From IMG/VR virus record IMGVR_UViG_2541047905_000008: DNA of 7,310 nt; one strand, given 5' to 3'. This stretch comes from a virus. Its lineage: Duplodnaviria > Heunggongvirae > Uroviricota > Caudoviricetes. The notes beneath the pieces were generated by a model. It made no database searches, was not told the DNA's origin, and was given only the letters and a program-made list of their open reading frames with translations. The translations under genes were made by a program, and so were the position numbers. Of the stretch, positions 1-7,310 are shown piece after piece (position 1 is the first letter of the stretch; each line of letters begins with the position of its first letter).

Positions 1-165
1 CTCATGCTGGCGAACCCAGACACGCAGAGTCTCCGGCGTACAGCCAATCTTTGGAGCAATGGAACAAATTGTCGCCCATTGTGAGTCATATTCGCCCTGA
101 CTTTCCAGAACCATACGGACTGCCCGTTGACGGACTTCAGGGGAAAAACGAGTATTTTTAGTCAT
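1..165 (-). CDS. IS3-family transposase OrfA (helix-turn-helix), N-terminal 55 codons; partial, continues beyond window start
   Basis: Reverse-strand translation from the ATG at 165-163 gives [55 protein letters not shown], open to the window edge. It is absent from the supplied ORF track because it has no stop in the window. The sequence matches the N-terminal HTH region of IS629-type OrfA from memory. Confidence 0.8.
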   Translation of the reverse strand, partial: MTKNTRFSPEVRQRAVRMVLESQGEYDSQWATICSIAPKIGCTPETLRVWVRQHE

Positions 166-219
166 CCTGTTTACCTCTTTCTCAGGAAGTTTAGTCTCCA
201 GGATTCCCGGGGCGGTTCA
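1..219 (-). mobile_element. IS3-family insertion sequence (IS629/IS1203-like), one end only; the rest lies left of the window
   Basis: Reverse complement of 196-219 reads TGAACCGCCCCGGGAATCCTGGAG, a TG-initiated terminal inverted repeat typical of the IS3 family, followed about 55 nt inward by the transposase OrfA start. The OrfA N-terminus matches the IS629/IS1203 OrfA as I recall it. The exact terminal nucleotide (219) is inferred from the TG...CA end rule. Confidence 0.75.
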
Positions 220-3153
220 CTTAATGAAACCACAGAGGAATTGAGCGGGGTTGCGCAAGCGCAGAGAGAAGCCGAGAAGGCCGGAAAACTTGCTGCCGCC
301 CAGCAGGAAGCGCAGACTCAGGCCTTTCAAAGAATGCTGGACAAGATCGACCCTCTGGCTGCGGCGCTAAGAAATCTTGAACAACAGCAGGATGAACTTA
401 ATGCTGCGTTTGCATCCGGGAAAATAAATGGTTCTCAGTTTGAGAATTATAGCCGAAAAATACAGGAAACACGGCGAGAGCTTACCGGAGAGGCTCAGGC
501 AGAGCGAGAAGCAGCAAAAGCGCATGATGAACAGGTTGCTGCTTTGCAACGTCTGATTGCTCAACTTGACCCTGTCGGAACTGCTTTTAATCGTCTGGTA
601 GAACAACAGAAACAGCTCAATGAAGCAAAAGCTAAGGGGATGCTCTCTCCTGAAATGTATGAGGAACTTTCTGGAAAACTTCGTGCTATGCGGAGTGAGC
701 TTGAGGTTACTCAATCTCAATTAAGCAAAACCGGAATGTCGGCAAAACAAACGGCTTTTGCTATGCGCATGTTGCCTGCACAAATGACGGATATTGTTGT
801 TGGGTTGTCCACTGGTCAGTCGCCTTTTATGGTGTTAATGCAGCAGGGCGGCCAGCTAAAAGATATGTTCGGTGGGATTGGCCCGGCGATCAAAGGTGTT
901 GGTTCTTATGTGCTGGGATTAATTAATCCTTTTACCCTGGCCGCAGCAGCCGTTGGCGTCTTAGGGCTGGCTTACTATAAAGGCTCTCAGGAGCAGGACG
1001 AATTTAATAAGTCTCTTATTCTTACCGGAAATCAGTTGGGGACAACCAGCGGGCAATTGGCCGATATAGTTCAACGTGCCGGGAATGCGGCTGATTCGAC
1101 AACTGGCGCTGCGGCGGCAGTATTAAACCAGCTTGTGCGTTCGGGAAAGGTAGCGAGCAGTTCGCTGGAGCAAGTGACGACAGCGATAGTAAAAACGAGC
1201 GAAGTAACAGGAATATCAACCGAACAACTGGTTAATGACTTCAATGAAATTGCAAAGGATCCTGTCAGTGCCATATCAAAACTTAATGATCAGTACCATT
1301 TTCTGACAATTGCGACTTATAACCAGATTAAGGCGCTACAGGATGAAGGGAACCAGCAGGAGGCCGCCCGCATTGCGACAGAAGCATACTCATCCTCAAT
1401 GATCCAGCGCACCAACCAGATTAAAGAAAATCTTGGTTATCTTGAGACTGCATGGAAAGCTGTCGCAGACTCCGCAAAATGGGCATGGGATTCCATGCTG
1501 GATATTGGCCGTGAGGCCTCCCTTGATCAAAAAATCTCAGATGTTCTCCGTCAAATTGATGAAATAGAAAAAAATACCCGACCCGGAGTTTTCGGGTTAG
1601 GTGGCATTGGAGATGGCGGAGCTCAAAATAAAAGGCTGGCACGATTAAAGCAGCAATTGGGCGTACTTCAAGCAGAAAAAATTGCTCAGGACGTACTAAA
1701 TTCATCAATAAACGATTACAACAAGCGACAACAGGAAGGAATTGAACTCAGACAGAGAGCAGATGCCTTTTCAAAACAATATCAGACCCGGGAGCAGCAG
1801 AGAGCTAGTGAACTTGCAAAACTGGAAAAACTAAAGAGTCAGTATTCAAAGGAAGAATATAATAATCTTATCGCTCAAATAAATGAGCGTTATAAAGATC
1901 CAAAGCAACCAAAGGCGAAAGGTTATTCGGATGATGCTGCCCAACGAATGATTGATCATCTGAATCAACAGAATGCGTTACTAAGTTCACAAACTGAATT
2001 AACCGTTAAATTAAGTTCCTCTGAACAGGAACTGGTTAAGTGGCGTCAGCAGATTGCCGACCTGGAGTCACGACCGTCATCGAAATTAACCAAGGATCAG
2101 AAATCGCTTCTCTTACACCGGGAAGAAATAACCGCGTTGATGGAGAAAAATGTTGCGATTGAAAAAAATAACAGGCTAATCAAGGAATCCGCCGAAATAG
2201 CTGCATGGCGTGATTCATTGCAGGCTTCGATTGATAATCGTCAACAGGGGTATGATATTCAGATTGCTGGTTATGGGGTTGGCGATAAAAATCAGCAACG
2301 CCAGCAGGAATTACTGCGGATTGAACGTGAATATAACAATCAGCGTCTGCAACTTGAACGTGACTATGCAGATAAATCCCGTGGGATGTCAAATCATGTT
2401 TTTCAGGAGAAAATGCAGGCTCTGAATGATGCTCTGGAACGAGAAAAAGAAATTGTCAGACAGAAAAACGAGCAGCTCGATATTCAGGCAGGAGACTGGG
2501 TTAGTGGTGCCTCCCAGGGATTCAATAACTGGCTGGATGACACTAAGGATATCAGTGAGCAGATAAAATCAACCACGACTCAGATGTTTGATGGAATGAC
2601 CGATGCGCTGGGTGATTTTGTCACGACAGGCAAAGCAAATTTTCGTTCTTTCGCTACTTCCGTGATTTCGGATCTTAGTCGAATAGCATTAAAGGCTTCA
2701 ATTACTGGGATTTTCGACAGCATTAGTAACAGTTCTTCTGGGGGGATTTTAGGAACTATCGGGAGTGCTATTAGTAAATTTATTCCGAATGCAAAGGGCG
2801 GTGTTTATGAGTCTCCGTCATTGAACACGTATTCGAACGGTATTTATGATTCCCCGCAATTTTTTGCTTTTGCAAGAGGGGCTGGTGTTTTTGGTGAGGC
2901 TGGTCCGGAAGCCATTATGCCATTAACACGAACTTCCGATGGTTCTCTTGGTGTCAGAGCTGTTAATAGTAAAAGTGGTAATGGAGGCGGAGATATTACC
3001 TATGCCCCTGTATACCAAATCACTATTCAAAATGACGGCCAGAATGGAGAGATTGGCCCTCAGGCAATAAAAGCACTTATGGGGATGGTTGATCAGCGGG
3101 TGCAGGGCAATCTGTTAAATATGCGACGTGATGGGGGAATGTTAAGTGGCTAA
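220..3153 (+). CDS. H: Phage tail tape measure protein (lambda gpH-like), 5' end interrupted by the IS element; 978 codons of tape-measure sequence
   Basis: Long ORF (track 127..3153) whose first 31 codons lie inside the IS terminal sequence, so the phage-derived part starts at 220. It has a coiled-coil-rich N-terminus, a conserved AMRMLPAQ...GQSP...QQGGQ.KD.FGG segment, a central hydrophobic/Gly-rich region, a [11 protein letters not shown] motif and a C-terminal [15 protein letters not shown]...RDGGMLSG tail resembling the lambda gpH C-terminus. It sits directly upstream of M-L-K-I-J. No in-frame ATG occurs until 334, so the native start is probably beyond the IS. Confidence 0.85.
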   Translation, partial: LNETTEELSGVAQAQREAEKAGKLAAAQQEAQTQAFQRMLDKIDPLAAALRNLEQQQDELNAAFASGKINGSQFENYSRKIQETRRELTGEAQAEREAAKAHDEQVAALQRLIAQLDPVGTAFNRLVEQQKQLNEAKAKGMLSPEMYEELSGKLRAMRSELEVTQSQLSKTGMSAKQTAFAMRMLPAQMTDIVVGLSTGQSPFMVLMQQGGQLKDMFGGIGPAIKGVGSYVLGLINPFTLAAAAVGVLGLAYYKGSQEQDEFNKSLILTGNQLGTTSGQLADIVQRAGNAADSTTGAAAAVLNQLVRSGKVASSSLEQVTTAIVKTSEVTGISTEQLVNDFNEIAKDPVSAISKLNDQYHFLTIATYNQIKALQDEGNQQEAARIATEAYSSSMIQRTNQIKENLGYLETAWKAVADSAKWAWDSMLDIGREASLDQKISDVLRQIDEIEKNTRPGVFGLGGIGDGGAQNKRLARLKQQLGVLQAEKIAQDVLNSSINDYNKRQQEGIELRQRADAFSKQYQTREQQRASELAKLEKLKSQYSKEEYNNLIAQINERYKDPKQPKAKGYSDDAAQRMIDHLNQQNALLSSQTELTVKLSSSEQELVKWRQQIADLESRPSSKLTKDQKSLLLHREEITALMEKNVAIEKNNRLIKESAEIAAWRDSLQASIDNRQQGYDIQIAGYGVGDKNQQRQQELLRIEREYNNQRLQLERDYADKSRGMSNHVFQEKMQALNDALEREKEIVRQKNEQLDIQAGDWVSGASQGFNNWLDDTKDISEQIKSTTTQMFDGMTDALGDFVTTGKANFRSFATSVISDLSRIALKASITGIFDSISNSSSGGILGTIGSAISKFIPNAKGGVYESPSLNTYSNGIYDSPQFFAFARGAGVFGEAGPEAIMPLTRTSDGSLGVRAVNSKSGNGGGDITYAPVYQITIQNDGQNGEIGPQAIKALMGMVDQRVQGNLLNMRRDGGMLSG

Positions 3154-3478
3154 TACGGAAGAATTTCACTGGTTACCAGAGGATGGAATGAAAACAGAAA
3201 ATAAACCATCGATAAAAACTGTAAGATTTGGCGATGGTTATGAGCAACGAAGTCCAAATGGACTTAATCATTCTCTGCGCGTTTTCACCTGTGATTTCAA
3301 AGTTGAGGCGAATGAACGTGATTCATTTGAAAAATTTTTAGCCCGGCATGAAGGCTATAAATCTTTTTTTGGCGCCCGCCGGGTATTAACAGAAAAATCA
3401 GAGTGGTGTGTCGAACGTGGTCAGCGACAGAACATATCACCTATACCGATTTTTCGTGTCAGTTTGACGAAGTGGTGA
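3146..3478 (+). CDS. M: Minor tail protein M (lambda gpM homologue), probably frameshifted near the 3' end
   Basis: GTG start at 3146 overlaps the tape-measure stop (3151-3153), with a GGGGGA Shine-Dalgarno at 3133-3138. The N-terminal part, including [16 protein letters not shown], aligns with lambda gpM (VRFGDGYSQRAPAGLN). After the T7 run at 3364-3370 the lambda-like C-terminus continues in another frame. Alternative in-frame ATG at 3188. Confidence 0.8.
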   Translation: MANTEEFHWLPEDGMKTENKPSIKTVRFGDGYEQRSPNGLNHSLRVFTCDFKVEANERDSFEKFLARHEGYKSFFGARRVLTEKSEWCVERGQRQNISPIPIFRVSLTKW

Positions 3479-3482
3479 TCTG

Positions 3483-4181
3483 ATGCAGGACATACAACAG
3501 GAAACGCTGAATGAATGCATTCGTGCGGAGCAGTCGGCCAGCGTGGTGCTCTGGGAAATCGACCTGACCGAGGTAGGCGGGGATCGCTACTTTTTCTGTA
3601 ATGAGCAGAACGAAAAAGGTGAGTCTGTCACCTGGCAGAGTCGGCAGTATCAGGCCTATCCCATTCAGGGGAGTGGATTTGAGATGAACGGCAAGGGCAG
3701 TGCTGCCCGTCCGACACTGGCGGTCTCTAACCTGCACGGCATGATCACCGGGATGGCGGAAGATCTGCAGAGTCTGGTCGGCGGAACGGTGGTCCGGCGT
3801 AAGGTTTACGCCCGCTTTCTGGATGCGGTGAACTTCGTCAACGGAAACAGCGAAGCCGATCCGGAGCAGGAGGTGATCAGCCGCTGGCGCATCGAGCAGT
3901 GCAGCGAACTGAGCGCGGTCAGTGCCTCTTTTGTACTGTCCACGCCGACTGAAACGGATGGCGCTGTTTTTCCGGGACGTATCATGCTGGCCAACACCTG
4001 CACCTGGACCTATCGCGGCGATGAGTGCGGTTATAGCGGTCCGGCGGTCGCGGATGAATATGACCAGCCGACGTCCGATATCACGAAGGATAAATGCAGC
4101 AAATGCCTGAGTGGCTGTAAGTTTCGCAATAATGTCGGCAACTTTGGCAGCTTCCTTTCCATTAACAAACTTTCGCAGTAA
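3483..4181 (+). CDS. L: Minor tail protein L (lambda gpL), 232 aa, tail tip complex component with C-terminal Cys cluster
   Basis: The 232-aa ORF MQDIQQETLNECIRAEQSASVVLWEIDLTEVGG... is near-identical to lambda gpL as recalled and the same length. The C-terminal cysteines (CTWTYRGDECGYSG ... CSKCLSGCKF) are consistent with the reported Fe-S cluster ligands of gpL. The ATG at 3483 is adjacent to the end of M. Confidence 0.95.
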   Translation: MQDIQQETLNECIRAEQSASVVLWEIDLTEVGGDRYFFCNEQNEKGESVTWQSRQYQAYPIQGSGFEMNGKGSAARPTLAVSNLHGMITGMAEDLQSLVGGTVVRRKVYARFLDAVNFVNGNSEADPEQEVISRWRIEQCSELSAVSASFVLSTPTETDGAVFPGRIMLANTCTWTYRGDECGYSGPAVADEYDQPTSDITKDKCSKCLSGCKFRNNVGNFGSFLSINKLSQ

Positions 4182-4186
4182 ATCCC

Positions 4187-4930
4187 ATGACAGAGACAGA
4201 ATCAGCGATTCTGGCGCACGCCCGGCGATGTGCGCCAGCGGAGTCGTGCGGCTTCGTGGTGAGAACGCCGGAGGAGGAAAGATATTTTCCCTGCGTGAAT
4301 ATCTCCGGTGAGCCGGAGGAGTATTTCCGGATGTCGCCGGAGGACTGGCTGAGTGCAGAAATGCAGGGAGAGATTGTGGCGCTGGTCCACAGCCACCCCG
4401 GTGGTCTGCCCTGGCTGAGTGAGGCCGACCGGCGGCTGCAGGTACAGAGTGATTTGCCGTGGTGGCTGGTCTGCCGGGGGGCGATTCATAAATTCCGCTG
4501 TGTGCCGCATCTCACCGGGCGGCGCTTTGAGCACGGGGTAACGGACTGTTACACGCTGTTCCGGGACGCTTACCATCTGGCGGGAATTGAGATGCCGGAT
4601 TTTCATCGCGGGGATGACTGGTGGCGTAACGGTCAGAATCTCTATCTGGATAATCTGGAGGCCACAGGGCTGTATCAGGTGCCGTTGTCAGCGGCGCAGC
4701 CGGGCGATGTGCTGCTGTGCTGTTTTGGTTCATCGGTGCCGAATCATGCCGCCATTTACTGTGGTGACAGCGAGCTGCTGCACCATATTCCTGAACAACT
4801 GAGCAAACGAGAGAGGTACACCGACAAATGGCAGCGACGCACACACTCCCTCTGGCGTCACCGGGCATGGCACGCATCTGCCTTTACGGGGATTTACAAC
4901 GATTTGGCCGCCGCATCGACCTTCGAGTGA
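4187..4930 (+). CDS. K: Tail assembly protein K (lambda gpK-like): N-terminal JAB/MPN metalloprotease-like domain plus C-terminal NlpC/P60 (C40) peptidase domain
   Basis: 247-aa ORF. The JAMM-type motif HSHPGGLPWLSEAD (HxHx7Sx2D) is at codons 68-81, with an upstream E-x-C-G (AESCGFVV) at codons 18-21. NlpC/P60-like catalytic candidates are Cys121 (VTDCYTLF), His187 (PNHAAIY) and His199/200. An alternative internal start at 4331 with a strong SD would give a 199-aa product, the length I recall for annotated lambda K. The 3' end overlaps I by 103 nt in a different frame. Confidence 0.88.
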   Translation: MTETESAILAHARRCAPAESCGFVVRTPEEERYFPCVNISGEPEEYFRMSPEDWLSAEMQGEIVALVHSHPGGLPWLSEADRRLQVQSDLPWWLVCRGAIHKFRCVPHLTGRRFEHGVTDCYTLFRDAYHLAGIEMPDFHRGDDWWRNGQNLYLDNLEATGLYQVPLSAAQPGDVLLCCFGSSVPNHAAIYCGDSELLHHIPEQLSKRERYTDKWQRRTHSLWRHRAWHASAFTGIYNDLAAASTFE

Positions 4931-5469
4931 AAACGGGGTCCGAAGCCATCCGGGCGCTGGCCATGCAGATCCCGGCATTTCGTCAGAAACTGAGCGACGG
5001 CTGGTACCAGGTACGCATTGCCGGGCGTGATGCAGGTGAAACCGAATTGTCTGCCCGTCTTAATGAGCCGCTGGAAAATGGTGCCGTGATCCATATCGTG
5101 CCGCGTCTGGCAGGAGCCAAAAGTGGCGGTGTGTTTCAGGCTGTGCTGGGGGCGGCTGTTATGGCGGTTGCTATATGGATGCCGGGGGTAGGAATTATGG
5201 CGAGTAATCTGCTGTTTTCTCTCGGTGCCAGTATGACGCTTGGCGGTGTTGCACAGATGCTGGCCCCTAAACCCAAAACCCCCCGCACACAGACAACGGA
5301 TAACGGCAAACAGAACACCTATTTTTCTTCACTGGATAACATGGTTGCCCAGGGCAATGTTCTGCCCGTTCTGTACGGTGAAATGCGCGTGGGATCACGT
5401 GTGGTATCTCAGGAGATCAGCACAGCAGATGAAGGTGATGGTGGTCAGGTTGTGGTGATTGGTCGCTGA
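4828..5469 (+). CDS. I: Tail assembly protein I (lambda gpI), ubiquitin-like N-terminal domain plus hydrophobic C-terminal region
   Basis: 213-aa ORF MAATHTLPLASPGMARICLYGDLQRFGRRIDLRVKTG... with C-terminus ...GNVLPVLYGEMRVGSRVVSQEISTADEGDGGQVVVIGR. It matches lambda gpI closely from memory except in the central hydrophobic segment and is 10 aa shorter. Position between K and J is as in lambda. Confidence 0.93.
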   Translation: MAATHTLPLASPGMARICLYGDLQRFGRRIDLRVKTGSEAIRALAMQIPAFRQKLSDGWYQVRIAGRDAGETELSARLNEPLENGAVIHIVPRLAGAKSGGVFQAVLGAAVMAVAIWMPGVGIMASNLLFSLGASMTLGGVAQMLAPKPKTPRTQTTDNGKQNTYFSSLDNMVAQGNVLPVLYGEMRVGSRVVSQEISTADEGDGGQVVVIGR

Positions 5470-5487
5470 TGAAAAACGTTTTATGTG

Positions 5488-5510
5488 AAACCGCCTCCGG
5501 GCGGTTTTAT
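5488..5510 (+). terminator. Candidate stem-loop / weak intrinsic terminator or attenuator in the 60-nt I-J spacer
   Basis: Perfect 8-bp inverted repeat AAACCGCC (5488-5495) / GGCGGTTT (5500-5507) with a 4-nt loop TCCG, followed by a T-rich tract (TTTTATCGTTTAT). The GC core is only 5 bp, so termination efficiency is uncertain. Confidence 0.3.
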
Positions 5511-5529
5511 CGTTTATGGAGCATGACGA

Positions 5530-7310
5530 ATGGGTAAAGGCAGCAGTAAGGGGCATACCCCGCGCGAAGCGAAGGACAACCTGAAGTCCACGCAGCTGCT
5601 GAGTGTGATTGATGCCATCAGCGAAGGGCCGGTTGAAGGTCCGGTGGATGGATTAAAAAGCGTGCTGCTGAACAGTACGCCGGTGCTGGACAGTGAGGGG
5701 AATACCAATATATCCGGCGTCACGGTGGTGTTCCGGGCCGGTGAGCAGGAGCAGACACCGCCGGAGGGATTTGAATCCTCCGGCTCCGAGACGGTGCTGG
5801 GTACGGAAGTGAAGTACGACACGCCGATTACCCGGACCATCACGTCGGCAAACATCGACCGTCTGCGCTTTACCTTCGGTGTGCAGGCACTGGTGGAAAC
5901 CACCTCAAAGGGGGACCGGAATCCGTCGGAAGTCCGCCTGCTGGTTCAGATACAGCGTAATGGTGGCTGGGTGACGGAAAAAGACATCACCATTAAAGGC
6001 AAAACCACCTCACAGTATCTGGCATCGGTGGTGGTGGGTGACCTGCCGCCGCGTCCGTTCAATATCCGGATGCGCAGGATGACGCCGGACAGCACCACAG
6101 ACCAGCTGCAGAACAAAACGCTCTGGTCGTCATACACCGAAATCATCGATGTGAAACAGTGCTACCCGAACACGGCACTGGTCGGCGTACAGGTGGATTC
6201 GGAGCAGTTCGGCAGCCAGCAGGTGAGCCGTAATTATCATCTGCGCGGGCGTATTCTGCAGGTGCCGTCGAACTATAACCCGCAGACTCGGCAATACAGC
6301 GGTATCTGGGACGGAACGTTTAAGCCAGCATACAGCAATAACATGGCCTGGTGTCTGTGGGATATGCTGACCCATCCACGCTACGGCATGGGGAAACGTC
6401 TTGGTGCGGCGGATGTGGACAAATGGGCGCTGTATGTCATCGGCCAGTACTGCGACCAGTCAGTGCCGGACGGCTTTGGCGGCACGGAGCCGCGCATCAC
6501 CTGTAATGCGTACCTGACCACACAGCGCAAGGCGTGGGATGTGCTCAGTGATTTCTGCTCGGCGATGCGCTGTATGCCGGTATGGAACGGGCAGACGCTG
6601 ACGTTCGTGCAGGACCGGCCATCAGATAAGGTGTGGACCTATAACCGCAGTAATGTGGTGATGCCGGATGATGGCGCGCCGTTCCGCTACAGCTTCAGCG
6701 CCCTGAAGGACCGCCATAATGCCGTTGAGGTGAACTGGATTGACCCGGATAACGGCTGGGAGACGGCGACAGAGCTTGTTGAAGATACGCAGGCCATTGC
6801 CCGTTACGGTCGTAACGTCACGAAGATGGATGCCTTTGGCTGTACCAGCCGGGGGCAGGCACACCGCGCCGGGCTGTGGCTGATTAAAACGGAGCTGCTG
6901 GAAACGCAGACCGTGGACTTCAGCGTGGGCGCAGAAGGGCTTCGCCATGTACCGGGCGATGTCATTGAAATCTGCGATGATGACTATGCCGGTATCAGCA
7001 CCGGCGGGCGCGTGCTGGCGGTAAACAGCCAGACCCGGACGCTGACGCTCGACCGTGAAATCACGCTGCCATCTTCCGGCACCACGCTGATAAGCCTGGT
7101 TGACGGGCAGGGGAGTCCGGTCAGCGTGGAGGTTCAGTCCGTCACCGACGGCGTGAAGGTAAAAGTGAGCCGTGTTCCTGACGGTGTTGCTGAATACAGC
7201 GTATGGGGGCTGAAGCTGCCGACGCTGCGCCAGCGACTGTTCCGCTGCGTGAGTATCCGTGAGAACGACGACGGCACGTATGCCATCACCGCCGTGCAGC
7301 ATGTGCCGGA
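5530..7310 (+). CDS. J: Host specificity / central tail fibre protein J (lambda gpJ), N-terminal ~593 codons; partial, continues beyond window end
   Basis: ATG at 5530 preceded by GGAG at 5516-5519. Translation MGKGSSKGHTPREAKDNLKSTQLLSVIDAISEGPVEGPVDGLKSVLLNSTPVLD... stays open to the window end and matches the lambda gpJ N-terminus as recalled. It is not in the ORF track because there is no stop within the window. Confidence 0.95.
   Translation, partial: MGKGSSKGHTPREAKDNLKSTQLLSVIDAISEGPVEGPVDGLKSVLLNSTPVLDSEGNTNISGVTVVFRAGEQEQTPPEGFESSGSETVLGTEVKYDTPITRTITSANIDRLRFTFGVQALVETTSKGDRNPSEVRLLVQIQRNGGWVTEKDITIKGKTTSQYLASVVVGDLPPRPFNIRMRRMTPDSTTDQLQNKTLWSSYTEIIDVKQCYPNTALVGVQVDSEQFGSQQVSRNYHLRGRILQVPSNYNPQTRQYSGIWDGTFKPAYSNNMAWCLWDMLTHPRYGMGKRLGAADVDKWALYVIGQYCDQSVPDGFGGTEPRITCNAYLTTQRKAWDVLSDFCSAMRCMPVWNGQTLTFVQDRPSDKVWTYNRSNVVMPDDGAPFRYSFSALKDRHNAVEVNWIDPDNGWETATELVEDTQAIARYGRNVTKMDAFGCTSRGQAHRAGLWLIKTELLETQTVDFSVGAEGLRHVPGDVIEICDDDYAGISTGGRVLAVNSQTRTLTLDREITLPSSGTTLISLVDGQGSPVSVEVQSVTDGVKVKVSRVPDGVAEYSVWGLKLPTLRQRLFRCVSIRENDDGTYAITAVQHVP

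Noticed and set aside
127-219. First 31 codons of the track ORF 127..3153 (TTG start, [31 protein letters not shown]) as the genuine tape-measure N-terminus
   Set aside because: This segment is the antisense of the IS transposase start and the IS terminal inverted repeat. The open frame is fortuitous and not phage-derived.
367-2425. Small ORFs inside the tape-measure gene (367..720 -, 1022..1219 -, 1071..1274 -, 1421..1708 -, 2180..2392 -, 2210..2425 +)
   Set aside because: Embedded in or antisense to the continuous 1000-codon tape-measure frame. No independent support.
3364-3370. Programmed ribosomal frameshift at the T7 run in M
   Set aside because: The known programmed frameshift in lambda tail genes is in G/GT upstream of H, not in M. 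A homopolymer indel mutation or sequencing error is the simpler explanation.
3459-4311. ORFs 3459..3737 -, 3806..4003 -, 3922..4110 + and 4111..4311 + within or flanking L
   Set aside because: They overlap the highly conserved L and K coding frames and are out-of-frame or antisense artefacts.
4202-4978. Several - strand and alternative-frame ORFs (4202..4606 -, 4512..4877 -, 4587..4802 +, 4730..4978 -) within K and I
   Set aside because: All are nested in or antisense to the K and I coding sequences, with Arg/Cys/Pro-rich low-complexity translations typical of out-of-frame GC-rich DNA.
5514-5903. 129-aa ORF on the - strand overlapping the J start
   Set aside because: Antisense to the J N-terminus, with low-complexity Ser/Thr/Pro-rich translation. 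Judged spurious.
6622-7302. 226-aa ORF on the - strand
   Set aside because: Lies entirely antisense within the strongly supported J coding region. Long antisense ORFs are expected in GC-rich coding DNA, and it has no RBS or recognisable protein features.
1-7310. CRISPR arrays, tRNA/rRNA genes, toxin-antitoxin pairs, restriction-modification or other defence islands
   Set aside because: No direct-repeat/spacer periodicity, no tRNA-like structures noticed, and the coding space is fully accounted for by the IS end and the contiguous tail gene cluster.

Overview
This window is the tail-tip assembly module of a lambda-like (lambdoid) prophage on the + strand, in the canonical order tape measure (H-like) -> M -> L -> K -> I -> J, with J running off the right edge. 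The left edge carries the end of an IS3-family insertion sequence (IS629/IS1203-like, - strand) whose terminal inverted repeat abuts the tape-measure reading frame at 219/220, so the tape-measure gene appears 5'-interrupted. The M gene appears frameshifted at a T7 homopolymer. L, K, I and the J N-terminus look intact and, as far as I can recall the lambda proteins, nearly identical to them, whereas H and M are divergent homologues in a lower-GC block, which points to a mosaic junction at the M/L boundary. I see no CRISPR array, tRNA/rRNA, toxin-antitoxin pair or recognisable defence system, and no evidence of a previously undescribed system: this reads as a decaying, IS-invaded prophage tail region. 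The small ORFs on the - strand and in alternative frames are best explained as antisense or out-of-frame artefacts of the GC-rich tail genes. All similarity statements rest on recalled lambda protein sequences and reading the six-frame translations, not on a database search.
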